Source: Verrucomicrobiaceae bacterium
GTDB lineage: Bacteria; Verrucomicrobiota; Verrucomicrobiia; Verrucomicrobiales; Akkermansiaceae
Assembly: GCA_051252135.1 (NCBI GenBank)
Contig: JBPOGH010000008.1
Span: forward strand, 128,001 to 192,000
DNA: 64,000 nt
Reading direction: 5' to 3'
The position numbers were made by a program, and so were the translations under genes. Below, piece by piece: positions 51,490 to 60,559 of the stretch (its first letter is position 1; every line of letters starts with the position of its first letter). The notes below the pieces were generated by a model. It was not told the origin of the DNA. It saw nothing but the letters and a program-made list of their open reading frames with translations, and did not search any database.

Positions 51490-52109
51490 AGTACCCCCTC
51501 TTTCTTTCAGCCCTGTTCTTGTTCGCTTCCTGCAAACAAGAGCCCCCGGTTTCCGCCACCCCTGATACCGAGTCCGCAACTTGTTGCGAGGGCGAAGAAG
51601 CTCCGGGTGCCCTCGAAGCAGTCGAAGGTTCCATTTATCAACTCGAATCCAAATGGACCGACGACCAAGGAAAGGTGATACCACTCGCAAGCCTCGCCGG
51701 AAATATCCGCGTCGTGTGCATGGGCTACACCACCTGCCAGTATGCCTGCCCCCGTCTCCTCGCCGATCTGCGAGCCATCGAAGGAAAACTCTCCCCCGAA
51801 CTTCTCGATAAGACCCGCTTCACCTTCATCTCCATTGATCCTGAGGCCGACACCCCGGCACGCCTCGCCGAGTATCGTAAAGAGAGTCAAATCGATCCCG
51901 AACATTGGACCCTGCTCACGGGCGACGCCGATGCGGTGCAGGAACTGGCCGTCGTTCTGGGCATCCAGTATCGCAAGACCGGAGAAGCAGATTTTGCCCA
52001 CTCCAACGTCATCACCGTTCTCGATTCCCAAGGCGTCATTCTCCACCGCCAGGAAGGCCTCTCCGCCGATCCCACCGAGACCCTCAAGGCCATCGCGGCC
52101 GCCCGATAA
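51486..52109 (+). CDS. SCO family copper chaperone lipoprotein
   Basis: YTTCQYACP (CxxxC), SIDP..DTP, conserved His in HSN; FASC lipobox. Confidence 0.92.
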   Translation: MKYPLFLSALFLFASCKQEPPVSATPDTESATCCEGEEAPGALEAVEGSIYQLESKWTDDQGKVIPLASLAGNIRVVCMGYTTCQYACPRLLADLRAIEGKLSPELLDKTRFTFISIDPEADTPARLAEYRKESQIDPEHWTLLTGDADAVQELAVVLGIQYRKTGEADFAHSNVITVLDSQGVILHRQEGLSADPTETLKAIAAAR

Positions 52110-52266
52110 TCGACATTGAGGACCCGTACACCATATCTTTGATAGGTTTCTAGGTTTACCTCCCTTATACGGGGTACTGCTATTTGCAGAAGATCATCGT
52201 GATCTTCCCCTTGCAGCGTCTCGACCAAGTCTTCAGGCTGGTCGCACCTGATCTCCCCTACCCCGA

Positions 52267-52716
52267 ATGAATATCGTTCTTGTCGCCCCTGAGATTCCCC
52301 ACAATGCCGGTGCTGCCGGAAGGCTCGCCTTGGCCACCGGCTCGACTCTCCATCTCGTCGAACCGCTCGGATTTCTCCTCGATGACAAATCCGTCCGTCG
52401 GGCGGGATTGGACTACTGGAAGGAAGTTGATCTCCGGGTCTGGCCCTCGTTTGATGCCCTCATGAAAGAACATCCCGAGGCCCGATTTTGGATGCTCAGC
52501 ACCAAGGCCAAACGCACCATCTGGGAGGCTGAGTTTGAGGCTGGTGATTTCCTCGTCTTTGGCCGCGAATCCAAGGGGCTTCCGGAAGAATGGGCTCGCG
52601 GTCCCCAAGGGCTGCGAATCCCGATGACTCCCGGCGGGACCCGCTCTTTGAACCTGGCTACTTCGATTGGGATTGTTCTCTACGAGGCCTGCCGCCAGGT
52701 CGGCAACCTGGATTAA
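52267..52716 (+). CDS. trmL: tRNA (cytidine/uridine-34 2'-O)-methyltransferase
   Basis: [27 protein letters not shown]. Confidence 0.93.
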   Translation: MNIVLVAPEIPHNAGAAGRLALATGSTLHLVEPLGFLLDDKSVRRAGLDYWKEVDLRVWPSFDALMKEHPEARFWMLSTKAKRTIWEAEFEAGDFLVFGRESKGLPEEWARGPQGLRIPMTPGGTRSLNLATSIGIVLYEACRQVGNLD

Positions 52717-54575
52717 CTCCCCTCGTATTTTCGAAGGTAAATCACCAGCAGACTCATATCAGCCGGAGTGATGCCGCTAATTCGTGAGGCCTGGCCTAGA
52801 GTCCGCGGTCGCACTGAAGTGAATTTTTGACGGGCCTCGTTCTTCATTCCCTTAATGATGGAGTAGTCGAGGTCGGCCGGGATCAGCGCAGATTCTTGCT
52901 TCTGCATCCGTTCCACCTCCATTCGCTGGCGGTCAATGTGGCCTTCATACTTGAAATCGGATTCAAGAATGGGCCAAAGTTCCACGTGGAACTTGGCAAG
53001 GATGGTTTCAGGAAGCTGGTCCCAGGAATTCCCCCCTCGTCGGAACCAATGGTCCAACTTAATTCCCTCATGGCTGGTCGCCCGGATCATGCCCCGCGCT
53101 TCATCCAGCTGGGAAAGCTTATCAGCAAACAAGGTCGCCTTTCTTCCGGAGATCAAGCCAAGCTTCGATGCCACAGGAGTGAGTCGCTCATCGGCGTTAT
53201 CCTGTCGGAGAAGGAGTCGATATTCGGCACGGCTGGTGAACATGCGGTAAGGTTCGGTGCAGCCTTTGGTGACCAGGTCATCGATCATGACCCCAAGATA
53301 GGCCTCCTCCCGCCCCAAAATGAGTGGATCGTTGCCAGCCACTTTGAGGGCGGCGTTGGCTCCAGCCAGGAGGCCCTGTCCGGCGGCTTCCTCGTAACCG
53401 GAGGTGCCATTGATCTGACCCGCGAAATAGAGCCCCTCGACCCGCTGGGTTTCGAGGGTGGGATGAAGCTGGGTGGGCGGGCAGTAGTCGTATTCCACGG
53501 CATACCCGGGGCGGATCATCTCGCAACTCTCCAAGCCTTCGATGCTCCGAAGAAAATCCAGCTGAACATCGTACGGTAAGGAGGTGGAGACCCCGTTGAC
53601 ATAGTATTCCAAGGTGTGGCGGCCCTCAGGTTCCAGGAAGACCTGGTGGCGTTCCTTTTCGGCAAACTTGACCACCTTGTCTTCAATGGAAGGACAATAC
53701 CGTGGTCCAACGCCTTCAATTTTACCCGAATACATGGGTGATTGGTGGATGTTATCCCGGATGACATCGTGGGTTCCGGGGTTTGTCCAGGTCATCCAGC
53801 AAGGCACCTGTTCCACGTGGAACTTCTCATCCTTCCAACTATTCAAGGTAAAGAGATCATCTCGTTCCTTCTCCATGAGCTGGGGAAAGTAACTAAACAA
53901 GGGAAGGGGAGTGTCGCCGTCCTGACGCTCACATTTCGAGAAATCGATGCTTCGACCATTGAGTCGGCAGGGGGTGCCGGTCTTGAAACGCTCGATCTCG
54001 AAGCCCAGTTCCTTCAGCGATGCGGACACGGTCGAAGTGGCATCACCCATACGCCCCCCCTTTTCGTTCTTCATTCCGACATGCATCAGTCCGCGCATGA
54101 AGGTTCCCGCGGAAAGGATGACCGACTTCGCTGCGATCTCCATCTGCAAAGAGGTTTGAACCCCCTGAACCCGGTCATTCTTTACCAGAATGGTGGCGAC
54201 ATTTCCCTGGTGGAGGTCCACTCCGGGAGCGCCCTCGAGGACGCGTTTCATCCGAAACTGGTAGGCTTTCTTATCGCATTGCGCGCGGGGTGCCCGGACC
54301 GAGGGTCCTTTTGCGGCATTCAGCATGCGCCATTGGATGGCGGTGGCGTCGGTATTCTCCGCCATGATGCCACCCAGCGCATCGATCTCGCGCACCATGT
54401 GCCCCTTCGCCAACCCTCCGATCGCCGGGTTGCAACTCATCTGGCCAATGGTGTCGAGATTCTGGGTGAGGACGGCCACGCTGGCACCGAGGCGGGCAGC
54501 GGCGAGGGCAGCTTCAACTCCGGCATGGCCGGCGCCGATGACGAGGACGTCGTAATGTTTTGGGTAGCGATACAT
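52713..54575 (-). CDS. mnmG: tRNA U34 carboxymethylaminomethyl modification enzyme (GidA)
   Basis: [57 protein letters not shown]. Confidence 0.98.
   Translation of the reverse strand: MYRYPKHYDVLVIGAGHAGVEAALAAARLGASVAVLTQNLDTIGQMSCNPAIGGLAKGHMVREIDALGGIMAENTDATAIQWRMLNAAKGPSVRAPRAQCDKKAYQFRMKRVLEGAPGVDLHQGNVATILVKNDRVQGVQTSLQMEIAAKSVILSAGTFMRGLMHVGMKNEKGGRMGDATSTVSASLKELGFEIERFKTGTPCRLNGRSIDFSKCERQDGDTPLPLFSYFPQLMEKERDDLFTLNSWKDEKFHVEQVPCWMTWTNPGTHDVIRDNIHQSPMYSGKIEGVGPRYCPSIEDKVVKFAEKERHQVFLEPEGRHTLEYYVNGVSTSLPYDVQLDFLRSIEGLESCEMIRPGYAVEYDYCPPTQLHPTLETQRVEGLYFAGQINGTSGYEEAAGQGLLAGANAALKVAGNDPLILGREEAYLGVMIDDLVTKGCTEPYRMFTSRAEYRLLLRQDNADERLTPVASKLGLISGRKATLFADKLSQLDEARGMIRATSHEGIKLDHWFRRGGNSWDQLPETILAKFHVELWPILESDFKYEGHIDRQRMEVERMQKQESALIPADLDYSIIKGMKNEARQKFTSVRPRTLGQASRISGITPADMSLLVIYLRKYEGS
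52977..52994. promoter_or_regulatory. parS-like palindrome inside mnmG
   Basis: AAGTTCCACGTGGAACTT, a perfect 18-bp palindrome close to the TGTTNCACGTGAAACA consensus. Confidence 0.75.
53809..53824. promoter_or_regulatory. parS-like palindrome inside mnmG
   Basis: TGTTCCACGTGGAACT. Confidence 0.78.
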
Positions 54576-54654
54576 CGAGGGGAGGGGACTCTAATCGAGT
54601 GATTCGGGAATGACAAGAAGGGTGAGCGGGCCCTCATTTCACTCTTCTTCGACT

Positions 54655-54728
54655 CAAAAAGGGCCGATTTGGCTAAAAACAGCCCTCAAACTCCCTCCGG
54701 AGGGATTCGGAGCAAAAAGGGCCGATTT
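54655..54728. repeat. 16-bp direct repeat CAAAAAGGGCCGATTT (two copies)
   Basis: Exact copies at 54655-54670 and 54713-54728, upstream of mnmG. Confidence 0.85.
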
Positions 54729-54954
54729 TACCCTCTTTTCTGGAATCCCCGTAACTCACTCCAAAAGAATCCTTTTTCTCAAAATGACCCTCAATTTAAG
54801 GCCCTGAGAATCGCTTCTACAAAACAGCCCTGTCCCAGTGGACAGGCTGGAGAAATACCAAAACCGCAATTTTCACGCCGGGCAAACCGAACTCCTCCGG
54901 AGCTATTTTTCTCGTACGAGATTTTTCGTACGTCGTCAAAACCGGGCAATCCGT

Positions 54955-54992
54955 AAAATACAACAGCGGTTCATCCAAAGGACGAACCGCTG
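54955..54992 (-). terminator. Intrinsic terminator, minus strand
   Basis: CAGCGGTTCGTCC-TTT-GGATGAACCGCTG-TTGTATTTT; fully paired (via a G.U) only on the minus strand. Confidence 0.7.
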
Positions 54993-55072
54993 CTGAGCAC
55001 ACACGCAACAACAAACTATGTTGTATTACACTGATAGTAACGTTCGAGCGTCACCGATTTGTTCAAAAAAGT

Positions 55073-55432
55073 TCAATTCCCTACCGGAGGGCTGTCAGTC
55101 AGGTCGACCGGATCACTTTTGGGTGCCATGGCCTCGGCGGCCTTGGCACGAGCTTTCGCTCCGGCATCTTTTCCAGCGGCCGCTCCTTTTGCCAATCCGT
55201 CACGGACCGACTGGGGGACAAACTCGTTGGCAAAGGCTCCGGCGAAAACGGTTCCGTAGGCGACCCCGTAGGCCAAATCGTGGAAGGCTTCGGCAAAGGC
55301 CGATTTCACGGTGGGGGCGGCCTCCTTGGCTTTCGCCGCACCGGCGGAACTGCCGGCCTTAAAGGCATCGGAAATATTTTCAAAGTGCTCCCTGGCCTGT
55401 TCTTCAGGGCTTTTTGGATGATCGTCGTTCAT
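55073..55432 (-). CDS. Hypothetical Ala-rich protein
   Basis: Helical composition with a YG.AYG.VF.G segment; downstream terminator. Confidence 0.6.
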   Translation of the reverse strand: MNDDHPKSPEEQAREHFENISDAFKAGSSAGAAKAKEAAPTVKSAFAEAFHDLAYGVAYGTVFAGAFANEFVPQSVRDGLAKGAAAGKDAGAKARAKAAEAMAPKSDPVDLTDSPPVGN

Positions 55433-55596
55433 AATTTTAGGTCTTGGTTCACTTCATTAGACCACATTTTGGAGGAAACATTCATTATAATCCAAATCCG
55501 CGTTTGGAATGGCTGCCCGAAAAGTTTCTTTGAATGAATTCCGATTTCACTTCGTCGCACCCAACAGCACCCGGAAACCCAAAACAAAATAGAACG

Positions 55597-55992
55597 ATGA
55601 AAAAAATACTCGCACTCATCCTCGGGCTTACTGCCGGAGGTCTTACCCTTCCCACCACCGCCGAAGCGGGTTCCCTCCGTATTGGCCACGCCACCATTTC
55701 GGTGAGCGGACACCATTCCTGCGGATGTGCCATCCAGACGAAGCGCGTCTTTGTGGGATACGACTGCTACCGCCGTCCGGTCTATCGCTACTACAGTGTT
55801 CCCACGGTGCACCGTTGCAGCAGCCACCGTCAGCCAAGTCACTACAGCCATCGGAGTCATTCGACCCACAGTTCCTACTACGGAAACCAGCGCAACCCGT
55901 ATCTCCGGAGCGGATCGCACTATCGTGGAAGTCGCTACTATCAGCAGCCCTCCTGCAACAGCCGCAGCCAATACAGCGGTCGCCGGAGATAG
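55597..55992 (+). CDS. Exported His/Ser/Tyr/Arg-rich small protein
   Basis: MKKILALILGL...AEA signal; GHHSCGC...GYDCY; followed by a terminator. Confidence 0.65.
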   Translation: MKKILALILGLTAGGLTLPTTAEAGSLRIGHATISVSGHHSCGCAIQTKRVFVGYDCYRRPVYRYYSVPTVHRCSSHRQPSHYSHRSHSTHSSYYGNQRNPYLRSGSHYRGSRYYQQPSCNSRSQYSGRRR

Positions 55993-56017
55993 ATCGCCTC
56001 CACCATAGCGGTAATAG

Positions 56018-56047
56018 GAGTCTACCTACGGGTAGACTCTTTTTTTT
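56018..56047 (+). terminator. Intrinsic terminator
   Basis: GAGTCTACC-TACG-GGTAGACTC-TTTTTTTT. Confidence 0.88.
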
Positions 56048-56085
56048 CGGACGGACACCACCCCCCAAACATGCTAGCTCAGATC

Positions 56086-57093
56086 ATGATTCGAATCACC
56101 CTCCTCGCCTGCATTCTGACGGGCATTGCCACGGCCGCACCCCGGGCGAACGATGAGATTCTTTCCCGCCTGCAAACCCACCTCGAAGAGGGGAGCGCCA
56201 TCGACCCTGTGGTCGAGAGCCTGGAATCGCTTTCCAACAACGAACTTCTTTCCCTGCTCAAGGAATACGACAAGACGTGGCCACGGCTTCGCGACAAATA
56301 CCTTTCCACCTACGAGGAGAAGGCTGAGGACAAGTATTCCGGGAGCGCCCGGAACGAGATGAAGAAAATGATCGAGGGTTACCGCAAGGATTTCTTCCGG
56401 GTGCGTGACATGCCGGAGGGTCCGATGAAAGCAGAGATCCCCAAGGTATCCAAACCGGCCATCGAAGGACTGCGCAAACTTCTCCAGCCCAAGCCCGAAG
56501 AACTTCTGTCCACCGCGGGCCCCGAGATTCAGAAAATGCGCTCGATGGTTCTCACGCTCGCCAGCTTTCGCGACGCCATCGTGGAATCAGCAGTCATCCC
56601 TGATGCCGAAGAGGCAGTGAAATTCATCACCGAACAGGAGAAAACGATCGCCGCCACCTTGGGAGGTTTGGATCGTGATGGACTGAAGGTGATGAAAAAG
56701 AACGACGCCATCGCGGCCAAAGTGAAACTTCCAGCAGACGAACGGGAGGGGGTTCGCGAGGTCAACGAATGGCGCATGTTACTGGGCCTCAGTGCATTGG
56801 AGATCGACCCCAAGCTCTGTGACGCCAGCCGGGGGCATTCCGAGGACATGAACAAACTGAATTTCTTTGATCACATGTCACCGGTGCCCGGGAAGCGCAC
56901 GCCCGGCGATCGCGCGTCCGCAGAGGGGACCGGATGGTCCGGCGAAAACATCTACATGGGCAACGCCGCTCCCAAAGCGGCGAACAAGGGATGGTTCTAC
57001 TCGCCCGGTCACCACAAAAACATGTTCCGTGCGGGGCACAAAAAGATCGGGATGGGGCGCTACGAAAAGCACTGGACCCAGATGTTTGGGTAG
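56086..57093 (+). CDS. CAP (SCP) domain exported protein
   Basis: N..R...GL, HS.DM....FFDH, GENI, W..SPGH..NM, WTQ.FG. Confidence 0.88.
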   Translation: MIRITLLACILTGIATAAPRANDEILSRLQTHLEEGSAIDPVVESLESLSNNELLSLLKEYDKTWPRLRDKYLSTYEEKAEDKYSGSARNEMKKMIEGYRKDFFRVRDMPEGPMKAEIPKVSKPAIEGLRKLLQPKPEELLSTAGPEIQKMRSMVLTLASFRDAIVESAVIPDAEEAVKFITEQEKTIAATLGGLDRDGLKVMKKNDAIAAKVKLPADEREGVREVNEWRMLLGLSALEIDPKLCDASRGHSEDMNKLNFFDHMSPVPGKRTPGDRASAEGTGWSGENIYMGNAAPKAANKGWFYSPGHHKNMFRAGHKKIGMGRYEKHWTQMFG

Positions 57094-57096
57094 GGG

Positions 57097-57370
57097 CTAC
57101 CGGATGGAACAGGTGTCCTCGCACTTCCGGCCGAAGAGCCGGTTGGGCGGCTTCCTCCAGGAGGCGTAAAGACGGTAGAGGGGATTGATCATTTTACGAA
57201 AGATTTCGTACTTCATCGGGAAGACGAGAAAGCCAAACCCGACCTCTTCGAAGGCATGGTAAACAGTTGCGGGCCCCTCGGTGAAGGTGCCGCTCCTTCC
57301 GGTCGAAGAAGCGGATCACCTTGATCTCCCTTTTGCAGAAGAGGCACGCTCCGTCGAAGTAAAGTGTCAT
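57097..57370 (-). pseudogene. DCC1-like/DUF393 thiol-disulfide oxidoreductase, internally deleted and frameshifted
   Basis: MTLYFDGACLFCKREI... in one frame; the C-terminal GTFTEG...LYRLYA.WR...LFGRKCEDTC is in another. Span is 274 nt, junction near 57291. Confidence 0.72.
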
Positions 57371-57391
57371 GAAGGGTTATCGGTCAGTGGA

Positions 57392-57754
57392 TTACCAGAA
57401 CCCGCTGTCCTCACGAGCCGCGACAGTTTGGACCCGGTGTTCGGCCATGCGGCGAATGAGGTCCTCGGGAATAGGGTCCCGGTAGGGGATTTGGAGGCTC
57501 CCCTGGGTGGTCTTAAAATCCTGAAGTTCGTCACGAAATACCTCCAGGGCCCCGGCATTGGGGGTGAAGTTGAGATGAGCCTTGTGGGCGGAGAAGGCGA
57601 ACAGAAAACGGGGTTCGATGAAGAAGGGGGTGTTCCATTTCATGACCTGTTCGGCGTCCGGAGCAACGCCGGTGAGAATCGCGAGGAGTTGCCGGAGGTG
57701 GGCCTGACCTTCTTCGGGCGCGTCCTGAATGTATTCTTCGATGGTGGAGGACAT
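57392..57754 (-). CDS. DUF1801 (YdhG-like) protein
   Basis: TIEEYI..AP, L.QL..I....AP.AE..MKW..P.F, QIPY..PIP.DLI. True start is inside the long shadow ORF. Confidence 0.85.
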   Translation of the reverse strand: MSSTIEEYIQDAPEEGQAHLRQLLAILTGVAPDAEQVMKWNTPFFIEPRFLFAFSAHKAHLNFTPNAGALEVFRDELQDFKTTQGSLQIPYRDPIPEDLIRRMAEHRVQTVAAREDSGFW

Positions 57755-57773
57755 GGGAAGGATGGGTAAATTC

Positions 57774-58811
57774 CTAACGTTCCAGCGGGCGGGGGCCGTT
57801 GCGGTCGAGGATGCCGCGGAGGCGGAGGTCGGGGCCGATTTGGGTGAGGGTGGTGTTTTTGAGGGACTGCCGTTCTTCGAGGTTCGCGGCGCCTTCGCCA
57901 CCGATGGCGGGGGTGGGGCCGCCGGTGACGAGGGGGGCGTAGTAGATGACAAATTCATCGATGAGGCCTTCGTCGAGAAAGGACCCCATGAGGTTGCCGC
58001 CGGACTCGAGGAGGACGGTGTTGATTCCATCGTCAGCCAATGTACGAAGAACTTCCGAGATGGGAAGGTTCTGAAAGAGGCGGGTGGGGTGGTCGTCGTG
58101 GAAGATTTGGTAGGCCGATTGATCGATCTCCGATCGGGTGAGGATGACGCGGAGGGGCTGTTTCTTGCGCGGGGAAATGGCGGGGCTGCGGAGGGTGAGG
58201 GACGGGTTATCGCGGCGGACGGTTTCGCCGGAGGTGATGATGGCGTCGACCTCGGCGCGGAGGAGTTGGACGTCCTCGCGGGCTTCGGGGCCGGTAAGCC
58301 ATTGGCCTTCGCCGGGAGGGCGGGTGATTTTGCCATCGAGAGACATGGCGGTTTTGGCGATGACCCAGGGGCGGTTTTGGGTTTGGACCATGGCGAAGCC
58401 GCGGATGAGGTGGTGGCATTCTTCTTCGAGGAGGCCGGAGGAGACGTCGATCCCGGCGGCGCGGAGGACGTCATCGGCCCGGCCGACGTGGTGCGGGTTG
58501 GGGTCGGGGATGGCGTAGACGACGCGGGTGATGCCGGCGGTGATGAGGGCATCGGTGCACGCTCCGGTATTTCCGTGACTGCTGCAGGGTTCGAGGGTGA
58601 CGTAGGCGGTGGCGCCCTTGGCATCATCAACCTTTGAGAGGGCGTCGCGTTCGGCGTGGTTGGTGCCGGCTTGTTGGTGCCAGCCGCGAGCGAGTTCCCG
58701 ACCATCGCGCACCAAGACACAGCCAACCGCCGGGTTGGGCGAGGTGAGACCGATGCCTTGCTTTGCCTCCTCGAGGGCGAGGGTCATCCAATGGAGGTCG
58801 TCGGTGCTCAT
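57774..58811 (-). CDS. ribD: Bifunctional riboflavin deaminase/reductase
   Basis: PNP.VGCV, HAE, TLEPC.....T..C, K.AMSLDGKI, DNP.LT.R, LESGG. Confidence 0.96.
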   Translation of the reverse strand: MSTDDLHWMTLALEEAKQGIGLTSPNPAVGCVLVRDGRELARGWHQQAGTNHAERDALSKVDDAKGATAYVTLEPCSSHGNTGACTDALITAGITRVVYAIPDPNPHHVGRADDVLRAAGIDVSSGLLEEECHHLIRGFAMVQTQNRPWVIAKTAMSLDGKITRPPGEGQWLTGPEAREDVQLLRAEVDAIITSGETVRRDNPSLTLRSPAISPRKKQPLRVILTRSEIDQSAYQIFHDDHPTRLFQNLPISEVLRTLADDGINTVLLESGGNLMGSFLDEGLIDEFVIYYAPLVTGGPTPAIGGEGAANLEERQSLKNTTLTQIGPDLRLRGILDRNGPRPLER

Positions 58812-58851
58812 TTGGTGAAAAAGGCGGGTCGGTTAGCTGAAGGTGCGATCG

Positions 58852-59238
58852 CTACTTCCGCTTCGGGTGTTTTATATATCTGACTCCCGGCAGGCCTTCT
58901 AAATCTGCATCCTGGGTGAATAAGTCTGCACGGTGTCTGATCGCGGTGGTGTAAATGATGCCGTCAGCAAGTGGCAGGCGATGCCGATGACTTAATTCAG
59001 CGGCTAAAACCGACAATTGATCATCAAGCGCCACGACTTTGCCCTGCTTCATAGCTGTCACCGCTGCGAGAGCGTCAGACTCGGTTGCTTCTCTGAGCAT
59101 CCAACGATAAACCTCGGTCAAGGTGATCGAAGGAACAAGGAGCTCCGCCGTATTTTGGATTGCAGCAGCAAAGTGGTCGGCATTTTCCCCGCCTGTGAAA
59201 TATTCGATCCAGCCTGAAGAATCGACTATGGCAGGCAT
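58852..59238 (-). CDS. vapC: PIN-domain toxin (VapC family)
   Basis: VDSSGWIEY, TEV, LADGIIY.TA, TQD.DL. Confidence 0.9.
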   Translation of the reverse strand: MPAIVDSSGWIEYFTGGENADHFAAAIQNTAELLVPSITLTEVYRWMLREATESDALAAVTAMKQGKVVALDDQLSVLAAELSHRHRLPLADGIIYTTAIRHRADLFTQDADLEGLPGVRYIKHPKRK

Positions 59239-59438
59239 CGGTCTTCCTCCCTTTCAAAGGTATTTTTCACTCCTTTTAGGAAGCCCTTGAGAGCACTCGC
59301 AGGGCGGATGGGGACCAGTTCAATTCTGCCATCCAGTTCAATGACTTCAATCTTGTCACCTGGCGAGAGGGCGTAGTGATCCCTGACAGCCTTGGGAATG
59401 ACCACCTGATATTTGGGAGATATTGTGACCGCTGACAT
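59226..59438 (-). CDS. vapB: AbrB/MazE/SpoVT-fold antitoxin
   Basis: ISPKYQVVIPK.VR....L.PGD; overlaps the toxin start. Confidence 0.9.
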   Translation of the reverse strand: MSAVTISPKYQVVIPKAVRDHYALSPGDKIEVIELDGRIELVPIRPASALKGFLKGVKNTFEREEDRCLP

Positions 59439-59479
59439 ATCGATGAGCCCAAGGTATTACGATACCCTTATCGATGCAA
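59438..59479 (-). promoter_or_regulatory. TA promoter with overlapping operator
   Basis: TTGCAT-N17-TACCTT on the minus strand; palindrome GGTAT-N4-ATACC (59453-59466) flanked by two copies of TATCGATG. Confidence 0.6.
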
Positions 59480-59504
59480 ACTGTTTTCCGTCACCCTTTC
59501 CTCA

Positions 59505-59643
59505 TGGGAACGTTTAGGAGCTGGCGACCCATACCGCATGGTGCCGAACAAGTTCCGATTGCCAGAAACTATCCGCCGAATCTCTCGACTCAATCTCAAC
59601 TTTCAGCGCGGTATGTGGTCGCTAAGCTTCCGCTTGTTCTACC
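59505..59643 (-). mobile_element. Integron attC site (~138 bp)
   Basis: R'' GGTAGAAC contains the ORF stop; R' is GTTCCCA. Arms 59517-59537 and 59608-59631 pair, with extrahelical bases all on the R'' arm. Confidence 0.8.
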
Positions 59644-60067
59644 TCTTTTTATATTCGGCGTAATAGTTATCTTTCCCACTGATGGTGTAGCGCAAAATCA
59701 GTCGCCCTAGCCGCCGCTTGCACGAGAGATGCTGCGATTGAAACTCCACTGCCCAAATGCCACTTGGTGTCATCGAGGGGTCTGTAAGATCCCATGTGCC
59801 ATCAATATCGATCAACTGATATGGCGACCGCTGAGGAAAATTCAAAGCAGACAAGCTTCCATCCTCACGAATCGAAATTCTGCTTATTAGATCCTCAATT
59901 TTTCCGTTCATTTGACGAACAAAACCACGGGGTAAATCCGCGCACTCCCATTCGCCAATAATCTCGCTCCTTTCTGGCTCAGATCCGACCGGCCAACTGC
60001 CAAAAAATAAAAGCGCGACGATGAGTAGCGCGAACGCAATCGAACCGAGCGCGATCAATCTCTTCAT
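59639..60067 (-). CDS. Integron cassette gene, hypothetical membrane-anchored/exported protein
   Basis: Lower GC; N-terminal TM, IIGEW...GTW; ATG 12 nt after the GTT core; stop within the attC R''. Confidence 0.8.
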   Translation of the reverse strand: MKRLIALGSIAFALLIVALLFFGSWPVGSEPERSEIIGEWECADLPRGFVRQMNGKIEDLISRISIREDGSLSALNFPQRSPYQLIDIDGTWDLTDPSMTPSGIWAVEFQSQHLSCKRRLGRLILRYTISGKDNYYAEYKKR

Positions 60068-60071
60068 TTCT

Positions 60072-60100
60072 GGTAGAACAGTTTTATTAGTTCACTGGAA
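60072..60100 (-). mobile_element. Cassette 5' core and attI-like site
   Basis: Minus strand CAGTGAACTAATAAAACT-GTTCTACC. GTTCTACC is the exact complement of R''. No upstream attC hairpin was seen. Confidence 0.6.
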
Positions 60101-60559
60101 TCCTGATCTACCTACTCGTTTGGAAAAGGAAAAAAGGACGGGGGATCAACGTCGCTTCTTTGAATCAATGGGTTACAGATTCTGTTAATTGTTACTGAAT
60201 GAAAAGATATCGAGACCTTCTTTAGTTCTTTGGGAGTCTGGTATTCGGTCGTCGGTTTACTTAGAATCTTAAATACGAGGTTATTCCTTGAATCTTAGAG
60301 GTTTAGGGGTTTTCGGGGCTTTAGGGATGCGGAGCAAGTCTGTGAATAGGTGGGTAGGAAATGGGTCGAAGTTTCCCAATTCCCAACGATGTGCTCATTG
60401 CCGGTCGTTCTTACCATTCGGTTTCGCAGGTTATTCGTCCGGTGGAACACCGGTAGTGACGGGGTGGAACAGGGATTTGGGCGAGTTATTCTTCCCTAGA
60501 AGAAGAAGAAGATAGTTTAAATGACCCTCTCATCACCTCTGGGAGATGGGAACAAGGGG

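Noticed and set aside
57755..58726. Pro/Ser-rich N-terminal extension of the 444-aa ORF, and many similar P/S/T- or G/V/E-rich ORFs
   Set aside because: Shadow frames caused by extreme third-position skew; they overlap well-supported genes such as ribD.
58812..58851. FMN riboswitch or attC upstream of ribD
   Set aside because: Only 40 bp, with no RFN motifs and no fold-back after the AGCTAAC.
59504..60553. ATGGGAAC direct repeat flanking the cassette and AT-rich region, read as a target-site duplication
   Set aside because: Only 8 bp, with no terminal inverted repeats or transposase; the cassette boundaries are better explained by GTTCTACC/GGTAGAAC.
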